From: Felis catus
Lineage: Eukaryota
Direction of reading: 5' to 3'
Assembly (NCBI RefSeq): GCF_018350175.1
Contig: NC_058368.1
Coordinates: forward strand, 27,902,001 to 27,966,000
Length of the DNA stretch: 64,000 nt
Shown here: positions 63,812-64,000 of the stretch, one piece after another
Layout of the letters: each line of letters starts with the position of its first letter
How positions within the stretch are numbered: position 1 is the first letter of the stretch
Position numbers and translations under genes: made by a program
Notes under the pieces: generated by a model
Databases searched by the model: none
What the model was told of the DNA's origin: nothing
The model's input: the letters and a program-made list of their open reading frames with translations, nothing else

Positions 63812-64000
63812 TGAAGGGAAGGAAAAATTCTTCCTCTACCCTTCAAGGTCTTCCAGCTGGACTAAGAAATTTACATGAGACGGATGAACAGGAATAAAAA
63901 CTCAAGTTTTTATTATGTGCACATGGAGCCCCAATAATGAAACTGAGACCTAAAGAAATTACCAAAGCAGACAGTTTTTATGCCTTTTGGACAAATAGAC
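63812..64000. mobile_element. Probable ERV LTR running off the window end
   Basis: Abrupt TG start tgaagggaaggaaaaattcttcctctaccctt...gagacctaaagaa, resembling LTR termini I recall from carnivore genomes. Confidence 0.45.

Overview
Mammalian genomic DNA from a carnivore, almost certainly a felid: it carries 13 tRNA-derived Can-SINE/SINEC_Fc-type elements and L1_Fc/L1_Carn-type LINE ends. The window holds one recognisable protein-coding gene, FAM216B, on the minus strand. Three coding exons (37065-36967, 34228-34108, 32382-32189) splice in phase with canonical GT-AG sites into a 137-aa protein. A probable non-coding first exon ends at a consensus donor at 38631, under a CpG-poor promoter with an RFX X-box-like site, a CRE half-site, an E-box and GC boxes. 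The rest is repeat-rich flanking DNA: SINEs, L1/L2/L3 fragments, MaLR/ERVL LTRs, hAT MITEs, MIRs and microsatellites. Nearly all other ORFs in the supplied track are repeat artefacts. I found no evidence of a novel multi-gene system. The best leads are the FAM216B promoter, uORF and tandem-acceptor architecture, two orphan exon-like segments upstream on the gene strand, an apparent in-place inversion inside an ancient CR1/L3 element, and several rearrangement scars. Repeat subfamily names come from recalled consensus sequences, not a database search, and their boundaries are approximate.
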